A stretch of 64,000 nucleotides of DNA from Escherichia phage BYEP01. The stretch lies in the sequence record OR757453.1, one strand, 5' to 3'. The position numbers and the translations under genes were made by a program. Shown here in pieces: positions 10,842-21,326 of this stretch (position 1 is the stretch's first letter; each line of letters starts with the position of its first letter). Under the pieces are notes generated by a model, which worked only from the letters and a program-made list of their open reading frames with translations, was not told the DNA's origin and did not search any database.

Positions 10842-10849
10842 AACAAGAA

Positions 10850-11112
10850 ACCGGGTCGCTACCGGTAAGTCGTCGGAATGATGTTCCCTGGAGTATAGTT
10901 TCTCCCACAGTTTTACTGTGTTCTGATTCTTTACTATCACAGCAGAAACGGCGCACCGAATTATCGATTCGAGGAAATATCTTTGCCGTAAGCCGAGTAG
11001 CGTTTTTGACGGAACGTTCGGATATGGTCGAGATATGGCCTTTTAAAAATATTGAGTAGCGTCAACTGCTTAATAACCGGGTTCGAATCCCGGCGTTTCG
11101 TACAAACACTTG
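10850..11112 (+). ncRNA. putative small stable RNAs (T4 species 1/2-like), tRNA-like 3-prime end
   Basis: No ORF; tRNA-like T-arm ggttcgaatcccgg near 11090; position after tRNA-Arg; boundaries approximate. Confidence 0.35.
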
Positions 11113-11150
11113 CCTTAGCAGGTGGAACCCCGACAAGGTTGCCGCAAGGC

Positions 11151-11183
11151 TTAGCCCCGACCGAAAGGTTGGGGCTTTTTGGT
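11151..11183 (+). terminator. intrinsic terminator hairpin + T run
   Basis: agcccc...ggggct stem followed by ttttt. Confidence 0.6.
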
Positions 11184-11312
11184 ATCTAGGCCTTTCTGGA
11201 CCTCTCTAGGCATCATTTAGTTTATACCCTTTATAATATATTATCCTATCCTTTAATTGCCCATCCCTGCCCTAGAATTCCCTAAAACTAACTACTGATA
11301 CAGAAAAACAAC

Positions 11313-11588
11313 TTGGAGAATGAAATGGATAATTACGGCGAACTGTTCAACTTCTTTATGAAATGCGTTTCAGAAGATTTCGGTCGTACAGTGAATGATA
11401 TTAAAGTTATCGGTCCTGACCATCCGATGTTTGAAACTTACGCAGTAATGGGTAATGAAGATGGTCAGTGGTATACTGTAAAGGTTGTGATTAACATGTT
11501 CACAGCAGAAGGTTATGTTAAACTGTCTTCTAAAGTTTACCATGATAACGACGAAATCGCAGAAGAATATTTCAATAATATGAAATAA
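11313..11588 (+). CDS. hypothetical protein (91 aa)
   Basis: ORF with SD GGAGAA. Confidence 0.55.
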   Translation: MENEMDNYGELFNFFMKCVSEDFGRTVNDIKVIGPDHPMFETYAVMGNEDGQWYTVKVVINMFTAEGYVKLSSKVYHDNDEIAEEYFNNMK

Positions 11589-11876
11589 ATGTGTACAAAC
11601 ACCAAGGATGGTGTTATTATAGACTTATCAAAACAAATACAGAAACGGAGAAATAAATGACTACTTTAATTATTTGGTTCGACGAGAATGAAGAAACATA
11701 CTGCGTGAATATTGGTGAAAGCCCAATGCCTGATTTTGAATCTTCAGATAAAAACTCGGTTGTATCTTGGGCTGAAGGCTATAAAGCAGCAAAAGGAGAT
11801 GTTAAAATAGTTTATAAACTCTTTGGAGTATAATACTCCCACGGATTTTAAATCTTAATCAACCTAAGGAAATACT

Positions 11877-12470
11877 ATGAACACACTGAAGAAAATTGTT
11901 GAGTTTATTCGCACTAAACTTGGTTCTGCTATGGCTAAAAATCTATCTGTTGAAGAACAGTATACTGCTGCAGCAGCAAAACTGCTTGATAAAATTAAAG
12001 ACCTAAAAACTGCTTCTGTTAAATCTATTAATGAAGAAAAACGTATTCGTGAACTTGTTATCGAAAAGAATCGACAAGCCGAATCAAAAGAGCGTGAAAT
12101 TCGCAAACTTCTTTCCGAAGGTCAAGATGTAACAATGCATGCTAAGCTCGGTTTACTATATCGTCGAACAGCTGAGCAGTTGACTACTAAAGCTGATGGT
12201 TATGCTGAAATGCGAATTGAAATCGCCAAGAAAGTAGTTGAGTTAGATGATGCTCGTCAAGAACTTGCAGTTAAATTGGAATATATCCGTGAAACTCGTG
12301 CGGCAAATGCCCTTGGAATTAGTACTGCTGATGATGTAGTTGAAATCGCAGCACTGACTAAGGTTGATATTGAAGATACTCTTGCTCGAGTTGAAACCTT
12401 TAACGGTAATATTTCCGGGGTTGAAACTACCTCTGCCGATGTTCAGGAATACATTAATTCTCTGAAATAA
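11877..12470 (+). CDS. hypothetical coiled-coil protein (197 aa)
   Basis: SD AAGGAA; long helical heptad-like sequence. Confidence 0.6.
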   Translation: MNTLKKIVEFIRTKLGSAMAKNLSVEEQYTAAAAKLLDKIKDLKTASVKSINEEKRIRELVIEKNRQAESKEREIRKLLSEGQDVTMHAKLGLLYRRTAEQLTTKADGYAEMRIEIAKKVVELDDARQELAVKLEYIRETRAANALGISTADDVVEIAALTKVDIEDTLARVETFNGNISGVETTSADVQEYINSLK

Positions 12471-12474
12471 TGAT

Positions 12475-12492
12475 AAGGGGCTTCGGCCCCTT
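12475..12492 (+). terminator. UUCG-tetraloop hairpin
   Basis: ggggc-ttcg-gcccc. Confidence 0.6.
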
Positions 12493-12511
12493 ATACTTGG
12501 AGTAAATAGGA

Positions 12512-13126
12512 ATGAAAATGAAAATGCAAAGTGATTTCAATTCAATGTTTGAAGAGTTCCAAAGACAAGTTGATGTTCCAGACCAATTACTAAATGCTCT
12601 TAAACGTATGGCAGAAGGACGTAATTACTATTGGGGCTCTTCATATGAAACTGATGAAAGTCTTTCTGGAAGATTTTCTAGAGGTAAAAAGTCTTTAATA
12701 CGCCCTGGAATACTCATTAAAAGTATTGAATCAATTCATTCATTGACATGTGATTTTGATGTTGAATTTACTGATTTCATTTCTCCTGAATGGACAGTTT
12801 GTTATTTAAACGACGATTATGATTATCTTGGCGTTTATAGTTTAAGTGACGCATGGTTTAAGCGTAATTTACAAAAGTCAAATTTATTTTATATTGATAC
12901 TACGGTAAAATTTCAAGGCAAGAAATATTTCTTTACTCTTATAGTTGACTCTGAAACAAAATATGAAAATAAGCGTATTCTTAATAAAAGGAATATCTTG
13001 ACTATTATTGATGATCTTTTTGATAAATTCGTGAAAAATCCTAATTTTGAAAGCGATTTATTACTAGAAAAATTTGTTAAGGAATGTAGAGAATATGTCA
13101 AAGCCATCACTATACCTTCCAAGTAA
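12512..13126 (+). CDS. hypothetical protein (204 aa)
   Basis: ORF after terminator. Confidence 0.55.
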   Translation: MKMKMQSDFNSMFEEFQRQVDVPDQLLNALKRMAEGRNYYWGSSYETDESLSGRFSRGKKSLIRPGILIKSIESIHSLTCDFDVEFTDFISPEWTVCYLNDDYDYLGVYSLSDAWFKRNLQKSNLFYIDTTVKFQGKKYFFTLIVDSETKYENKRILNKRNILTIIDDLFDKFVKNPNFESDLLLEKFVKECREYVKAITIPSK

Positions 13127-13487
13127 ACCTTTGAAGTATGAATTAAAGCGCCAGCTAATTTCTACCGATGTATTAATAGGTCCTGTGACAGCTATATCAT
13201 TTGTAATTCTATTGATTATTGGAATGGTTATAGACGTTATGACTGATATTGAATCTGGTGTAATATTTCTGTCAGTATTAATTCTTCCATTAGTAGTTCC
13301 ATTTTTATTAGTACCTGTAAATTGGGTAGGATACTGGTATCAAGGAAGACATTATCGTAAACGTGTACGCGAATGGAAAGCTCAGTGTAAAAAGATTAAA
13401 AAGGAATATCAGCTTAAACTTGCTGCGTATGAATTTGATGAAATTATGAAATTTGTTAAGGAATCACGATGCAAAAGCCAAAACTAA
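13095..13487 (+). CDS. small membrane protein, paralog 1 of 3
   Basis: Start at MSKPSL (SD AGAGAA); 2 TM helices; C-terminal KESRCKSQN motif shared with next two genes. Confidence 0.55.
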   Translation: MSKPSLYLPSKPLKYELKRQLISTDVLIGPVTAISFVILLIIGMVIDVMTDIESGVIFLSVLILPLVVPFLLVPVNWVGYWYQGRHYRKRVREWKAQCKKIKKEYQLKLAAYEFDEIMKFVKESRCKSQN

Positions 13488-13831
13488 ATAAAGTCAAATA
13501 TTCGCTTCCTGAGTCATTTTTAATTTTTGCTGTGGCGTTGGCTGTAGCTCTTGCTGGTAGTCTTATTGGATTAATGATTGACTGTATTATTTTAAACATC
13601 GATGGCACAGTAATTATAACAGATGTTTGGAGTGAACTTCGTTTTACTATAGCGATTTCATTATTTTCATTCTTTGGTACCATGTTATATTTTCATTATG
13701 ATAATTTTAAAATAAATTGGCAAAGAAAAAAGGATTACAAAATACAATTAAAAGAATATAATAGCTACATGTCTTATATTGAAAATGAATCAATGAAAGA
13801 GTTTGTGAGTGATTGTAGGAAAATCAGATGA
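13469..13831 (+). CDS. small membrane protein, paralog 2 of 3
   Basis: 2 TM helices; C-terminal EFVSDCRKIR. Confidence 0.55.
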   Translation: MQKPKLNKVKYSLPESFLIFAVALAVALAGSLIGLMIDCIILNIDGTVIITDVWSELRFTIAISLFSFFGTMLYFHYDNFKINWQRKKDYKIQLKEYNSYMSYIENESMKEFVSDCRKIR

Positions 13832-14312
13832 TTTTAAAAACTCGCTGGTATGATTTAGATGATGGGGATGATGGCATTCCAGTTGATAGAGTTGACTGGA
13901 ATGGCTGTTCCGAAGATATGAAAAATTTGCTGATTAGGGAGTTTAGAATGGGATATCAACCAGTTAAGCCATCTACCGCAACAGATGATAAATTCGTGTG
14001 TATTCATAATGGTCGCGCTAAATTAACGAACGCTGATTGGTTCACAGATAAAATTATGATTTTGTGGTATATTATTAGTCTTCCTGTGACATCATTCGTA
14101 TTTTACTTTTTTATAAAAAATCCAATGGACAGAATAGGAGATTGGATTCTTTTAACCATACTTGTTAATATTTTTACAGCAGCAATATTATCTGGGATAT
14201 GGTACACGTTCATTGAAATGCCATGGCGGCTACGCAGACAACAAAAGATTTTTGATGAAAAGAAATATACTCAAAATTTAAATAACTTTATCACTGAATG
14301 CAGGAAATTAAA

Positions 14313-14316
<4 letters not shown>
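13828..14316 (+). CDS. membrane protein, paralog 3 of 3
   Basis: 2 TM helices; C-terminal FITECRKLK. Confidence 0.55.
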
Positions 14317-15285
<969 letters not shown>

Positions 15286-15289
15286 AGTT

Positions 15290-15319
15290 GTTTACTTTCT
15301 CTTAGAATTGTGATAGTAT
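15290..15319 (+). promoter_or_regulatory. early promoter of denV
   Basis: gtttac..N18..tagtat. Confidence 0.55.
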
Positions 15320-15344
15320 ATTCACAGTTACTTGGAGGGATAAA

Positions 15345-15761
15345 ATGACTCGTATTAATTTGACTTTAGTATCTGAACTTGCTGATCAACATTTAATCGC
15401 AGAATACCGCGAATTGCCACGCGTTTTTGGTATAGTTCGTAAACATGTGGCAAATGGTAAACGGGTTAAAGATTTTAAAATATCTTCCGAGTTTATTTTA
15501 GGTTCTGGTCATGTTACGTTCTTTTATGATAAGTTAGAATTTTTGCGAAAGCGTCAATCAGACATTATAACGGAATGCTTAAAACGTGGGTTTAGTATAA
15601 AAGATACTGAAGTTCCTGACATCAGCGATATTCCAGCAGAATGGAAAAATGATTATAATCCATGCAAATCAGCTATTAAATTGAGTCAACAACGACTCGA
15701 TGAAAAAATTTTAATGAAGCCACACTGGTATAAATACTACGGTAAAACTATTTACATTTAA
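15345..15761 (+). CDS. denV: endonuclease V, pyrimidine dimer DNA glycosylase (138 aa)
   Basis: [17 protein letters not shown]...WYKYYGK matches remembered T4 endo V; 138 aa. Confidence 0.92.
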   Translation: MTRINLTLVSELADQHLIAEYRELPRVFGIVRKHVANGKRVKDFKISSEFILGSGHVTFFYDKLEFLRKRQSDIITECLKRGFSIKDTEVPDISDIPAEWKNDYNPCKSAIKLSQQRLDEKILMKPHWYKYYGKTIYI

Positions 15762-15772
15762 AGGAAACAAAA

Positions 15773-16087
15773 ATGAAAACATATAAAGAATTTATTGCAG
15801 AATCCGCCAACCAACGCGTTGAAGGTGGTTATATTTGGATTGAACAAGTTGAGCCACCGAGCCGCACTTCTACAGGTAAATGGAAAATTACTGTTGATGG
15901 TCCTGGTGGTAAACGTAGGACTCTTAAAGAAATTAATGGGTACTATGAAGAAGCTCTTTCTGACGCGGGTACTTATATGATGCAAATCATGATTAAAAAC
16001 CCAGAAAATCGTTTTGCGGCTAGAGTTTTCCGCCGTATTGGAAATAAGCTTTATGATGCATATTCTAAAAACTTCCCTAAAGAATAA
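15773..16087 (+). CDS. internal head protein with capsid targeting sequence (IPII/IPIII-like)
   Basis: N-terminus MKTYKEFIAE. Confidence 0.7.
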   Translation: MKTYKEFIAESANQRVEGGYIWIEQVEPPSRTSTGKWKITVDGPGGKRRTLKEINGYYEEALSDAGTYMMQIMIKNPENRFAARVFRRIGNKLYDAYSKNFPKE

Positions 16088-16105
16088 AAATTAAAGGATA
16101 CACAC

Positions 16106-16408
16106 ATGAAAACATGTCAAGAATTTATTACTGAAGCGCGAGTGAGTGCAGGTAAATTAGAAGCCGCTATAAATAAAAAGGCCCATTCATTTCATGATTT
16201 GTCCGATAAAGACCGTAAGAAACTTGTAAGCCTTTATATTGACAAAGAGCGTATTCTCGCTCTTCCTGGTGCTAATGAAGGTAAACAGGCCAAGCCTTTG
16301 AATGCTGTCGAAAAGAAAATTGATAACTTTGCTTCTAAATTCGGTATGTCTATGGATGACCTTCAGCAAGCGGCTATCGAAGCAGCTAAAGTAATTAAAG
16401 GTAAATAA
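16106..16408 (+). CDS. internal head protein with capsid targeting sequence (IPII/IPIII-like)
   Basis: N-terminus MKTCQEFITEA. Confidence 0.7.
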   Translation: MKTCQEFITEARVSAGKLEAAINKKAHSFHDLSDKDRKKLVSLYIDKERILALPGANEGKQAKPLNAVEKKIDNFASKFGMSMDDLQQAAIEAAKVIKGK

Positions 16409-16410
16409 CA

Positions 16411-16440
16411 GTTTACTTTCTCCTAAAATTGTGATAGTAT
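16411..16440 (+). promoter_or_regulatory. early promoter, near-duplicate of denV promoter
   Basis: gtttactttctcctaaaattgtgatagtat vs 15290-15319. Confidence 0.5.
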
Positions 16441-16465
16441 ATTCATAATTACTTGGAGAGGTAAA

Positions 16466-16529
16466 ATGACTCGATGAAAAAATTTTAACGAAGCCACACT
16501 GGTATAAGTATTACGGCAAAAATATTTAC
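16466..16529 (+). pseudogene. denV remnant: start codon + 2 codons fused to last ~55 nt of a second denV copy
   Basis: atgactcg then atgaaaaaattttaacgaagccacactggtataag..., aligning to denV 15345-15352 and 15701-15760; deletion junction at repeat GACTCG; reads M-T-R-stop. Confidence 0.7.
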
Positions 16530-16680
16530 ATTCAAATAACATGGGAACAAGCTGGACCTCATGATTCTGTGAGGGATTCCCGCCAACCTGTAATAAGGTC
16601 GAGCCCAAGTGCGGTAATGGGTAAATACAGAAATGGACGATTCATGCGCCATGGAATGGCCCAAATTTAGAGAGAATAAA

Positions 16681-17220
16681 ATGAGAACATTTTTAACTGG
16701 TCCTTATCTATCCCTGATGAATGCTTTTACACACCATTCTGATGCTAGAGTAGAAGAAATTTGTAAAAACGATTATATCCCACCATTTGAAGACTTACTC
16801 AAACAGTATTGCACACTTCGACTAGATGGTGGACGTCAATCCGGTAAATCAACTGCTGCGACCAATTTTGCTGCTAATTGGTTGTATGACGGTGGAACAG
16901 TTATTGTTCTTTCTAATACTTCAGCTTACGCTAAAATTTCTGCAGGCCACATTAAAAAAGAATTTTCTCGTTATTCTAGCGATGATATTCGATTCCGTTT
17001 ATTTACTGATTCTGTCCGTAGTTTTGTTGGTAATAGAGGTAGCAAGTTCAGAGGTTTATCGCTTTCTCGAATTTTGTATATAATCGATGAGCCTGTTAAA
17101 TCTCCTGATATGGATAAAATTTACGATATTCATATTGAAACTGTGCAACACTGCTGCAATAGTAAATTCTGCATTGGTGGTATTACTCGTCCACAGTTTT
17201 TCATAATCGGAATGCAATGA
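16681..17220 (+). CDS. P-loop NTPase-like hypothetical protein
   Basis: Walker A GGRQSGKST, Walker B-like LYIIDEP; SD upstream of MRTF. Confidence 0.55.
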   Translation: MRTFLTGPYLSLMNAFTHHSDARVEEICKNDYIPPFEDLLKQYCTLRLDGGRQSGKSTAATNFAANWLYDGGTVIVLSNTSAYAKISAGHIKKEFSRYSSDDIRFRLFTDSVRSFVGNRGSKFRGLSLSRILYIIDEPVKSPDMDKIYDIHIETVQHCCNSKFCIGGITRPQFFIIGMQ

Positions 17221-17546
17221 TGACAGACACGCAACTTTTCGAATATCTTTATTTTTCGCCAAAAACTATTAAAAATAAATTGGTGAATCATTTTGAAATT
17301 TTGGCAAATAACAACGTCTTGAGCGAATTTTATCCTAAGCAATACAAATTACAAAAAGGCGTATTCAAAGGATGCAGAGTTTTGTGCACTGCTCCTAATG
17401 CACGGCTAATGAATAAAATTCCATATTTTACCATGGAATTTATTGATGGGCCTTTTAAAGGACTAATCACACAGAGTTTAATGGCATATGATTCTGAGCC
17501 ATTTTTAATTAAAGAACAATCTTGGATAAATTTATTTTCTAATTGA
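17217..17546 (+). CDS. hypothetical protein (109 aa)
   Basis: ATGA overlap with upstream gene. Confidence 0.5.
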   Translation: MMTDTQLFEYLYFSPKTIKNKLVNHFEILANNNVLSEFYPKQYKLQKGVFKGCRVLCTAPNARLMNKIPYFTMEFIDGPFKGLITQSLMAYDSEPFLIKEQSWINLFSN

Positions 17547-17554
17547 GAGGTTAT

Positions 17555-17917
17555 ATGAAAGCATATCAAATTCTTGAAGGCACACATAAAGGTACTATTT
17601 ATTTTGAAGATGGTATTCAAGCACGAATTATTGTATCTAAAACCTTTAAAGAGGACTCTTTTGTAGACCCAGAAATTTTCTATGGTTTGCATGCCCGTGA
17701 AATTGAAATTGAGCAACAGCCTACAGTTAAAATTGAAGGTGGTCAACACCTGAACGTTAACGTTCTGCGTCGCGAAACTCTGGAAGATGCAGTTAAGCAT
17801 CCGGAAAAATATCCGCAGCTGACCATCCGTGTATCCGGTTATGCAGTTCGCTTTAACTCTCTGACTCCGGAACAGCAGCGCGACGTTATCGCTCGTACCT
17901 TTACCGAGAGTTTGTAA
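17555..17917 (+). CDS. autonomous glycyl radical cofactor (GrcA/YfiD-like)
   Basis: C-terminal ~60 aa identical to remembered E. coli GrcA including RVSGY glycyl radical motif; this half has host-like codon usage. Confidence 0.8.
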   Translation: MKAYQILEGTHKGTIYFEDGIQARIIVSKTFKEDSFVDPEIFYGLHAREIEIEQQPTVKIEGGQHLNVNVLRRETLEDAVKHPEKYPQLTIRVSGYAVRFNSLTPEQQRDVIARTFTESL

Positions 17918-18138
17918 TGGCAAAGATAATTATTGAAGGTTCTGAAGATGTGCTAAATGCTTTCGCCGAATGGTTTAGTAATTCAGGCGAACAGCAATTT
18001 AATGAAGCGTGGAATATGGGCGATATTGATGGAATTTATCCCACGACAGAAATTTCTGTTCAGGGATATGGCATTCATGAACCTATTCGTTTAGTTGAAT
18101 ATGATTTATGTACTGGTGAGGAAGTCAAATATGATTGA
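17917..18138 (+). CDS. hypothetical protein (73 aa)
   Basis: ORF. Confidence 0.5.
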   Translation: MAKIIIEGSEDVLNAFAEWFSNSGEQQFNEAWNMGDIDGIYPTTEISVQGYGIHEPIRLVEYDLCTGEEVKYD

Positions 18139-18397
18139 AGATATTAAGGGTTATAAGCCGCACACTGAAGAGAAAATCGGTAAAGTGAATGCTATCAAAG
18201 ACGCTGAAGTTCGTTTAGGACTTATCTTTGATGCTTTATACGATGAATTTTGGGAAGCACTAGATAATTGTGAAGACTGTGAATTCGCGAAGAATTATGC
18301 TGAAAGCCTCGATCAGTTAACTATTGCTAAAACGAAACTCAAAGAAGCCAGTATGTGGGCTTGTCGTGCTGTGTTCCAACCAGAGGAAAAATATTAA
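18131..18397 (+). CDS. hypothetical protein (88 aa) in the vs.4-equivalent position
   Basis: Position only; in T4 vs.4 is the Acb2 cyclic-oligonucleotide sponge, not verifiable here. Confidence 0.45.
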   Translation: MIEDIKGYKPHTEEKIGKVNAIKDAEVRLGLIFDALYDEFWEALDNCEDCEFAKNYAESLDQLTIAKTKLKEASMWACRAVFQPEEKY

Positions 18398-18675
18398 TGG
18401 CTCAATTAAGCGCAGGGTTTGGTTATGAGTATTATACTGCCCCTCGTCGTGTATCTGTTGCTCCTAAGAAAATTCAAAGTCTTGATGACTTCCAGGAAGT
18501 AGTCCGTAAAGCTTTCCAGGACTATGCACGTTATCTTAAAGAAGATTCGCAGGACTGTCTCGAAGAAGATGAAATTGCTTACTATGAGCAGCGTCTTGAA
18601 CAGCTCAAAAACCTACATGAGGTTCGTGCAGAAGTTTCAAAGTCTATGAATAAATTGATTAGATTTAAAGAATAA
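18397..18675 (+). CDS. hypothetical protein (92 aa)
   Basis: TAATG overlap. Confidence 0.5.
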   Translation: MAQLSAGFGYEYYTAPRRVSVAPKKIQSLDDFQEVVRKAFQDYARYLKEDSQDCLEEDEIAYYEQRLEQLKNLHEVRAEVSKSMNKLIRFKE

Positions 18676-18678
18676 CTT

Positions 18679-18708
18679 GTTTACTTTTCCTCTTGACTGT
18701 GGTATAAT
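18679..18708 (+). promoter_or_regulatory. early promoter
   Basis: gtttac..tgtggtataat. Confidence 0.6.
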
Positions 18709-18735
18709 TTTTCTATCAGTTAAGAGGAGAATAAC

Positions 18736-19197
18736 ATGACTATCAATACAGAAGTTTTTATCCGTCGAAATAAGCTTCGTCGTCACTTTGAGTCGGAGTT
18801 TCGTCAAATTAACAATGAGATTCGTGAGGCATCAAAAGCAGCAGGGGTCTCATCGTTTCATCTAAAATATTCTCAACATCTTCTTGATCGTGCAATTCAA
18901 CGGGAGATTGATGAGACATATGTTTTTGAATTATTCCATAAAATAAAAGACCATGTTTTAGAAGTTAATGAATTCCTGAGTATGCCTCCGCGTCCTGACA
19001 TTGACGAGGATTTTATTGATGGGGTTGAATATCGTCCTGGGCGTTTAGAAATCACTGATGGAAATCTTTGGCTTGGATTTACAGTTTGTAAACCTAATGC
19101 GAAGTTCAAAGACCCGTCACTTCAGTGCAGGATGGCAATTATCAATAGTCGTCGTTTACCGGGAAAGGCTTCTAAAGCAGTAATTAAAACTCAATGA
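18736..19197 (+). CDS. regB: RegB site-specific endoribonuclease (153 aa)
   Basis: Matches remembered T4 RegB over full length. Confidence 0.9.
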   Translation: MTINTEVFIRRNKLRRHFESEFRQINNEIREASKAAGVSSFHLKYSQHLLDRAIQREIDETYVFELFHKIKDHVLEVNEFLSMPPRPDIDEDFIDGVEYRPGRLEITDGNLWLGFTVCKPNAKFKDPSLQCRMAIINSRRLPGKASKAVIKTQ

Positions 19198-19204
19198 GGT
19201 AAGC

Positions 19205-19750
19205 ATGAGAAAAGCACTACTCGCTGGTCTATTGGCCATTTCTATGATGGCACATAGCTCCGAGCATACTTTCAGTAATGTCCAACTCGATAACATGCGT
19301 TACGCGTATCAATTCGGGGAACAATTTTCTAAGGATGGAAAATATAAAACACATAAAAATATCCACAAAAGCGGATTAGGTCATATAATGGCTGCTATTT
19401 TATGGCAAGAAAGCTCTGCCGGAGTTAATTTAAAATCTAAACCAAAGCATCATGCCTATGGAATGTTCCAAAATTATTTGCCGACAATGCGAGCAAGAGT
19501 TAAGGAACTTGGTTATAATATGACCGATGCTGAAATAAAAAGAATGTTGAATAAACGATCCAATTCAGCTTCCTGGGCGTACATTGAACTTTCTTATTGG
19601 TTAAATATACATAAGGGCGATATAAAAAAGGCAATATCCTCTTATAATTCGGGATGGAATGTTAAAGCAGGTTCTAAATATGCTTCTGAAGTCCTAGAAA
19701 AGGCTAACTACCTTAAAAATAATAAACTTTTGGAAATAGTAAATGACTAA
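19205..19750 (+). CDS. secreted protein (Vs.1-like), signal peptide
   Basis: N-terminal signal sequence MRKALLAGLLAISMMAHS. Confidence 0.55.
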   Translation: MRKALLAGLLAISMMAHSSEHTFSNVQLDNMRYAYQFGEQFSKDGKYKTHKNIHKSGLGHIMAAILWQESSAGVNLKSKPKHHAYGMFQNYLPTMRARVKELGYNMTDAEIKRMLNKRSNSASWAYIELSYWLNIHKGDIKKAISSYNSGWNVKAGSKYASEVLEKANYLKNNKLLEIVND

Positions 19751-20090
19751 AATTTTGGTTTTATGTATAGGATTAATTTCATTTTCTGCTTCTGCGTCAG
19801 CAGATACATCATATACTGAAATTAGAGAATATGTAAATCGCACTGCGGCAGATTATTGTGGGAAAAATAAAGCATGCCAAGCTGAATTTGCGCAGAAATT
19901 AATATATGCATATAAAGACGGAGAAAGAGATAAATCAAGCAGATACAAAAACGATACATTATTAAAACGATATGCTAAAAAGTGGAATACTTTAGAATGT
20001 TCAGTTGCGGAGGAGAAAGATAAAGCCGCTTGTCATTCAATGGTTGACCGTTTGGTAGATTCTTATAATCGAGGATTGAGTACTAGATGA
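19743..20090 (+). CDS. vs: Vs, valyl-tRNA synthetase modifier-like (115 aa)
   Basis: 115 aa, position next to regB; N-terminal signal-like segment. Confidence 0.6.
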   Translation: MTKILVLCIGLISFSASASADTSYTEIREYVNRTAADYCGKNKACQAEFAQKLIYAYKDGERDKSSRYKNDTLLKRYAKKWNTLECSVAEEKDKAACHSMVDRLVDSYNRGLSTR

Positions 20091-20554
20091 TTGTAAAATA
20101 TATCAAGGGCGATATTGTCGCCCTTTTCGCTGAAGGTAAAAATATTGCGCATGGATGCAATTGTTTTCATACTATGGGTTCAGGAGTAGCGGGTCAATTA
20201 ACCAAAGCTTTCCCTAAAATTTTGGAAGCTGATAAATTACAGACTGAATGGGGTGATGTAACTAAACTCGGTTCTTACTCAGTCTATGAAAAATACTTTA
20301 GGACTCATAAAGCGTATTGCTTCAACCTTTATACTCAATTTCAACCAGGGCCAAATTTTGAGTATTCCGCTTTAATGAATTGTATGTTAGAATTAAATGA
20401 GTTTGGTGAAAATAAACTGATTAAACCTACAATCTATATGCCTAGGATTGGTGCAGGCATAGGTAAAGGGAACTGGGATATTATTGAGGGGATTTTAGAT
20501 ACATATTCCTCTAAATTAGAAATTGTGATTGTTGATTGGGAACCATTATTATGA
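20087..20554 (+). CDS. macro domain protein (putative ADP-ribose binding/hydrolysing)
   Basis: Motif GDIVALFAEGKNIAHGCNCFHTMGSGVAGQL typical of macro domains. Confidence 0.6.
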   Translation: MIVKYIKGDIVALFAEGKNIAHGCNCFHTMGSGVAGQLTKAFPKILEADKLQTEWGDVTKLGSYSVYEKYFRTHKAYCFNLYTQFQPGPNFEYSALMNCMLELNEFGENKLIKPTIYMPRIGAGIGKGNWDIIEGILDTYSSKLEIVIVDWEPLL

Positions 20555-20763
20555 ATATACATTATCCACATCCATATGACCCAAAGAATAAGGCAGTAAT
20601 TATTCGTCAATGGGAACGCATTTGCCGTACTAAATGCCCAATTAATAGTCCACATGACGTAGATAAAGACTACATTGGAACATTCGTTGAATATACCTTT
20701 ATTGATAAGAAAGGTCGTAAACAGCATGTAGAAGAATACTGCTTAAAGGTGACATGGTTATGA
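20551..20763 (+). CDS. hypothetical protein (70 aa)
   Basis: ATGA overlap. Confidence 0.45.
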   Translation: MNIHYPHPYDPKNKAVIIRQWERICRTKCPINSPHDVDKDYIGTFVEYTFIDKKGRKQHVEEYCLKVTWL

Positions 20764-20969
20764 GCCAAACTAGTATTCTTAAAAATGCCCACTGTGAAAA
20801 GTGTAAATGGCCGGTTGTTTTTGCTTTATGCAACGATGAAATGGCTTGTGATTTCGATTATTGGTGCTATTGTTCTAATAAAGGATGCATCAATCATAAA
20901 GGTGAAGGATTTTATTCGGGATTTTATCCTTATCCAGATTTCGTTAAGAAGGTAAACCGAAATGAATAG
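20754..20969 (+). CDS. cysteine-rich small protein (putative Zn-binding)
   Basis: CEKCKW...CNDEMACDFDYWCYCSNKGC. Confidence 0.5.
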   Translation: MVMSQTSILKNAHCEKCKWPVVFALCNDEMACDFDYWCYCSNKGCINHKGEGFYSGFYPYPDFVKKVNRNE

Positions 20970-21135
20970 TTCTGAGTTACAATATGAAGTGTTACGTGAA
21001 CTTGATAATTTAATTGAACTCGCTGTCAATAAAGGTTTTGCCATTGGAATCGGTCAAAAAGATACTGATCATTTAACTATGGAAATATTTAAGCAAAAGC
21101 GAATTATTTTAAAACTTCTGGAAATTAATATATGA
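20962..21135 (+). CDS. hypothetical small protein (57 aa), not in ORF track
   Basis: Read manually; ATGA overlaps on both ends. Confidence 0.4.
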   Translation: MNSSELQYEVLRELDNLIELAVNKGFAIGIGQKDTDHLTMEIFKQKRIILKLLEINI

Positions 21136-21317
21136 GCCTAAGCAAAGAACAAAAAGATAAATTGTTTGAGCTTATCCATGAACTTCTAGATGAGCATACA
21201 GAAGCAAACACCTTTTATGATGAATACGGCCCGCTATCTCCCGAACAGCAAGAAGAATTTGCTGATCGGTTTGATAAGAAAGAAAACGAATTAATAGCTT
21301 ATGTGAATATGCTTTAA
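21132..21317 (+). CDS. hypothetical protein (61 aa)
   Basis: ORF. Confidence 0.5.
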   Translation: MSLSKEQKDKLFELIHELLDEHTEANTFYDEYGPLSPEQQEEFADRFDKKENELIAYVNML

Positions 21318-21326
21318 GAAGGTGAT

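Noticed and set aside
11656-11832. Apparent 58-aa ORF with good SD (ggagaaataaATG)
   Set aside because: On careful reading the frame hits a stop after 20 codons (..tac ctg cgt gaa tat tgg tga); the downstream part is in another frame. It may be a frameshifted relic, but I cannot support a CDS.
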